From the human T2T-CHM13v2.0 reference genome, Homo sapiens: a stretch of DNA of 64,000 nt. Position numbers and translations under genes: made by a program. A model generated the notes under the pieces. The model was given only the letters and a program-made list of their open reading frames with translations. It had not been told where the DNA came from and ran no database searches. Below are positions 59,792 to 64,000 of this stretch, one piece after another. Location: the NCBI RefSeq assembly GCF_009914755.1, contig NC_060925.1; one strand, given 5' to 3'. How positions within the stretch are numbered: the stretch's first letter is position 1; each line of letters starts with the position of its first letter.

Positions 59792-62700
59792 CACAGTGGA
59801 TAATACAGCCACTATTGAATGCACACTCACAATGTGTTGGGTTCTTTATATCCATTTTTGCATTGAAGTATTATTTAAGCACTACCACCCATCTTCAAGT
59901 GGAGGGAACAGAGACTCAGAGAGAATACTGAGCTCATTCAGGGTCTCTTAGTCCACCTCCAAATGCTTAAATCCCTAATTTAACTTTGCAAATTGATTTC
60001 ATTCAAATGTGAATTTCATTAGCTGAAAAATCCCAAGATAAACAGTTGTTTAAAAGATAAAATCCCATTTTTCATGTTTTTCAAAAAGAATTAAATTCAC
60101 ATCATGTTGCTTGAAGTCCCAGACCACCTCTAAAAAAAAGTACCATGAACTCCACAATTTTTCAATTACTTTGGTCCAGACCAGCAGTGATAAAAATGCT
60201 CACTTTCTAAAAAGTGTATTTATGTATCACTGTGCATACACACATGGATTTATTTGGTTTTATTCTTTGGATTTATTTGAATTCTATGGCTATTTATTTT
60301 GTGACCCCTAACTGCTTCCTGCTAGAACAACAATTTACTTTATCAAATTCATACTGGTGCTTTGAAAAGAAAGAACAGCAACACACCACAGTATTGTGCC
60401 TGACCTTCTCAAAGTAAACACAGAGGGGCCATGACAGGCAATAGCCATTAGGTTTTAAAACTTTGTCTCTGCAATGGAGGAGAGGGGGGCAGGGAAAGGC
60501 AGTGGATAAACGTTCTGGCTTAGAAATGATCTTTAGGGGTTAGGAGCCTGGGAGAGAAATCATATGGTCCCGAACCATCTTCATGCCACTGCCTAAACAT
60601 TTTGAAATGCAACCAAGTTGGCTATGAAAAGTAGCTGAGAAGCCAGCAGTATGATATTATTAATAGTCTGCTTTTAAAGTTCCACATATTGAGATTTAAA
60701 AGTTGAGCTGCAGTTGCTCTGGTGCCTAGGAGCCAAAGTGTTGCTAATAAACTCAGGAAGGGAACAGACCCCAAGTTCCTTACATTTGCACTCCACTCTC
60801 AGACCTCCAGCTTCTATTTTTAATAGTGCTCACATGATAGGCCTGTAAAACATATGTTTCTATGGACAATAAAACACATATAAAAGAGTTTTGGAGTTAG
60901 ACAGAACTGGGTTAATGATCTTGACTCTGCTCCCTACTACTTGAGTAAGTTATTTCACATCTCCAAAACTCCCTTTCTCATCTGTTTAATGGGAAGAATG
61001 AAATCTAACTTTAGGGTGGTTGGGATTATATAAAAATTAAAGCATTCATTCAACAAATATTTATTGAGGCTTAACTATATATATTAAGTTACAAGGAACA
61101 CAAAGATGACCCAGACCCTGCCCTCAAGAAGCTTACAATCCAGCAGGGGAAGACACATATCATCAAAATCAGTTGAGAAGAAAGTCAAGGCAATAGCACT
61201 GAGTAATGCCAGCATAGAGTCCGGGACACACTGTGGACACTCAATGAATGTTAAAAAGAGAAGGGAAAAAAGCCTCACAGAGAAGGCAAGGGAAAAAAAT
61301 CTGGTCAGTCCTTTGCCCACTTTTAAACTGAGAACAGTCCAAATCCTTTTTCCTCTTTCTTTGCCTATGGCTTGGGGAGGGTTTCCGGTTCTGATTATGT
61401 GGATGAAGACCACAAACAGACAAGAAATTGGAGCTGAATATGTTCTGTTTATTTTCTTGAAAGGCATGCAGATGGCATTTACAAAACCCGATGGCTTTTT
61501 TTTGTCTCCCCTATAAACTTGTGGTATTATTGAGGGTGATGCCAGTCAAATCTTGATTTTGATCCAGGAAGAGTAACCACAGATTTCCTTCAGTTGATGG
61601 GAAAAGCATAAACATCCCCCCAACTAGGCAGCTAGTCCAACTAGGCAACTAGGCAGAGATATAACACTGTGCCTTGCCCTTCCAGGACACAGAGAAGAGG
61701 CTGTTCTTCTCCAACAACCTTTAGTTCCAATACCATCACCATCTTTATTACCAATTACTATAGTCCCTTATCACTTCATTTGGAGAAATTTCCCAGTGCT
61801 AGACACTGGAATTCTGGAAGTCAATACATCATAGTACCTGCCCCGGAGGAGTTCACAGTGTTGTAAGATAGTCAAAAAAGCAAGAACCCTGAATTATTTC
61901 TAGTGTGATGACTGACATATGCATAGAGTACACCAAGGACACAAAGACTATTCTACTAGAGTCTTTCAAGGTGTCCAACAGAGGGTGGGAGACTTCAGTT
62001 AACCCTTATATAAGTAGGAGGGGTTTCTAGAGTCCACGGGCTAAGTACAACCATAAAAAAATCAGTGCAGTTTAGGGATTTCAATATTGTCAGTCACAAA
62101 ACTGATGGCTATTAAACAAATACAATTTTAAAGTTTGCTATAGAGCTAGAGGAGATGAAGGGAATGAAGGAAAGAAAGGCGAAAATAGCACAAAGCATAA
62201 ATAATAGGTAACATTTACTAAACAGTTAGTAAGTTAGTATGTGCCCAAACTGTCTTGAGGGTCCCCATATAAACTATTGTAGACTGACAAACCTGGCTGC
62301 CTACCACAGTCTAGGCATTGACTGGGCCACTGAAATGAAAGAGGCTACGTTCCAACCTTCAAGTGGCCCAAAGGCTAATAGGATAAACAGTCATAAAAAC
62401 TAATACATTAAGCCACCCTAAGGTTCAAAGAGATTAAAGTGACTTACCAGTCACTCTGCAAGTAAGTTATGGAGCTGAACAGGTTTCAAATGATCTGACT
62501 CTGATTTTGGGTGCTTTCTATAAAGTAAGTGAGTCACTCTTCAGAGAAGGAAGCATCTATAAGTATTAGTAAATTAACTGAAGCTCAGCAAATCTCATGG
62601 CCTCTGATGAAAAAGGCACTGTTCAGAACAATCAAGGGAATGGCACTGGCTCAAGTTAACTGAACTTTCACTGTGTATCACACATGTGCTAGGTAACTAA

Positions 62701-63559
62701 TTTCATCAAACTCTGAATGCAATAGCCTGGAGTTTAAATGTATTCGTAATAAAAGGTGCATTACAAAATTTTTGCAAAGCATGACCAAAAAAAAAAAAAA
62801 AAAAGAATCTAGTGAGTGCAGACCGAGACCCAGACCCAAGCATTTCTCCTTCCTTTAATCAAGGATCAATTAACTTCATATACCTCTGGGGATTTCTTGG
62901 GATGTGTAGGTTGCAGAGGAGGTGAAATATGAACTCACTGACAAACACTTAATGGGCATAAAATCAAAGCATGAAGAAAGGCCCCTGTGTTGGGTTCAGG
63001 CCTTTGAAACTTCTCTGGCTTTGAAAAACTAACACTGGGGCAGGTTGGGTGGTTTGGGGGTGGAGTGTAAAAAAACACAGACTAAGTTTTTGTGGCCCAC
63101 CCATTGATAAACTCATGTGGGAAGTGTTACCCAAGTGACCTGGCCCCAAAGCCCTGCTCCCTGCAGCCACAGTTCACCTTTGCACAAAATTAAACACAGC
63201 CTCCTTCTCACAAAGTGCTTTTTAGAAAGCCCTTGGTGAGGCTAAGAAGAGAATGATGGGAAGGGTGAAGAAGGAATCTTTGCATTTTTTGACCAAAATC
63301 AGAGCACCAGGAGGGGACTTTTATGTCTTCTACATACCAGGTCCTTCATGTCCTTTTCCAGAGTTGTTCAATTTTCCACTCAAAACAATCCATAGTCATT
63401 ATAAAATACGTGAAGTCCAGGATCTGCGAGAATAATAATTAAACTAACATCTGCAGAAAGCCTACACATCTATCCACAAAATAATACTGGTTGCACAAAA
63501 ATAGGCATCTGGTATAGCATAATTACTCAAATTGGGCAGCTATTAGAACTCTGTGACAA

Positions 63560-63850
63560 GGCCATTTGCGGTGGCTCATTTCTGTAATCCTAGCCCTTTG
63601 GGAGGCTGAGGCAGTTGCATTGCTTGAGCTCATAAGTCCGAGACCAGCCTTGGCAACATGATGAAACTCCGTCTCTACCAAAAAAACAAAAATTAGCCGA
63701 GTGTGGTGGTGCATGCCTGTAGTCCCAGCTACTCAGGAGGTAAGAGGATAACTTGAGCCCAGAAGGCGGAGGTTGCAGTAAGCCAAGATTGCACCACTGC
63801 ACTCCAGTCTGGGTGATAGAGCCAGATCTTGTTTCAAAAAAAAAAAAAAA
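63560..63850 (+). mobile_element. AluJ
   Basis: J-type consensus; TSD AGAACTCTGTGA(C/T)AA. Confidence 0.88.
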
Positions 63851-64000
63851 GAACTCTGTGATAAAAAGTTTATACATCTTACCTACAGTACAGAGTTATG
63901 AGTAGGTACTGTTCTACCCATCTTACAAATGGAAAAACTGAGGATCAGAAATGTTCATCAGTTCACCTAAAATGCAGAGCTAGCAATGGTCCCAATTTGG

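Noticed and set aside
61621-61654. Repeated CAACTAGGCA units
   Set aside because: Three short copies are best explained by local slippage; no further structure.

Overview
This is primate (human-like) genomic DNA containing the 3' part of PLPP3 (PPAP2B/LPP3, phospholipid phosphatase 3) on the minus strand. Coding exons 2-6 are at 57775-57932, 45097-45374, 44643-44700, 32800-32976 and 17381-17506, all with canonical GT-AG borders. A ~1.8 kb 3'UTR ends near 15595. Exon 1 and the promoter lie beyond the right edge of the window. Intron 1 carries a full-length processed RPL21 pseudogene with target-site duplications (TSDs). The remainder is intronic or downstream DNA rich in Alu, L1, L2/MIR, MaLR LTR, MER5A, Tigger2a and MADE1 elements, and almost all ORFs in the supplied track are repeat-derived or chance. 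I see no evidence of a wholly new biological system. The best second-look items are an unusual exon-2 acceptor (distal branch point plus an in-frame Kozak ATG), tandem poly(A) sites that partition miR-92a and miR-184 seed matches, a MADE1 hairpin with a compensatory base pair, a triplicated TSD with a 47-bp Alu duplication, a close inverted Alu pair, and the intron-5 enhancer region. Repeat subfamily calls are by eye.
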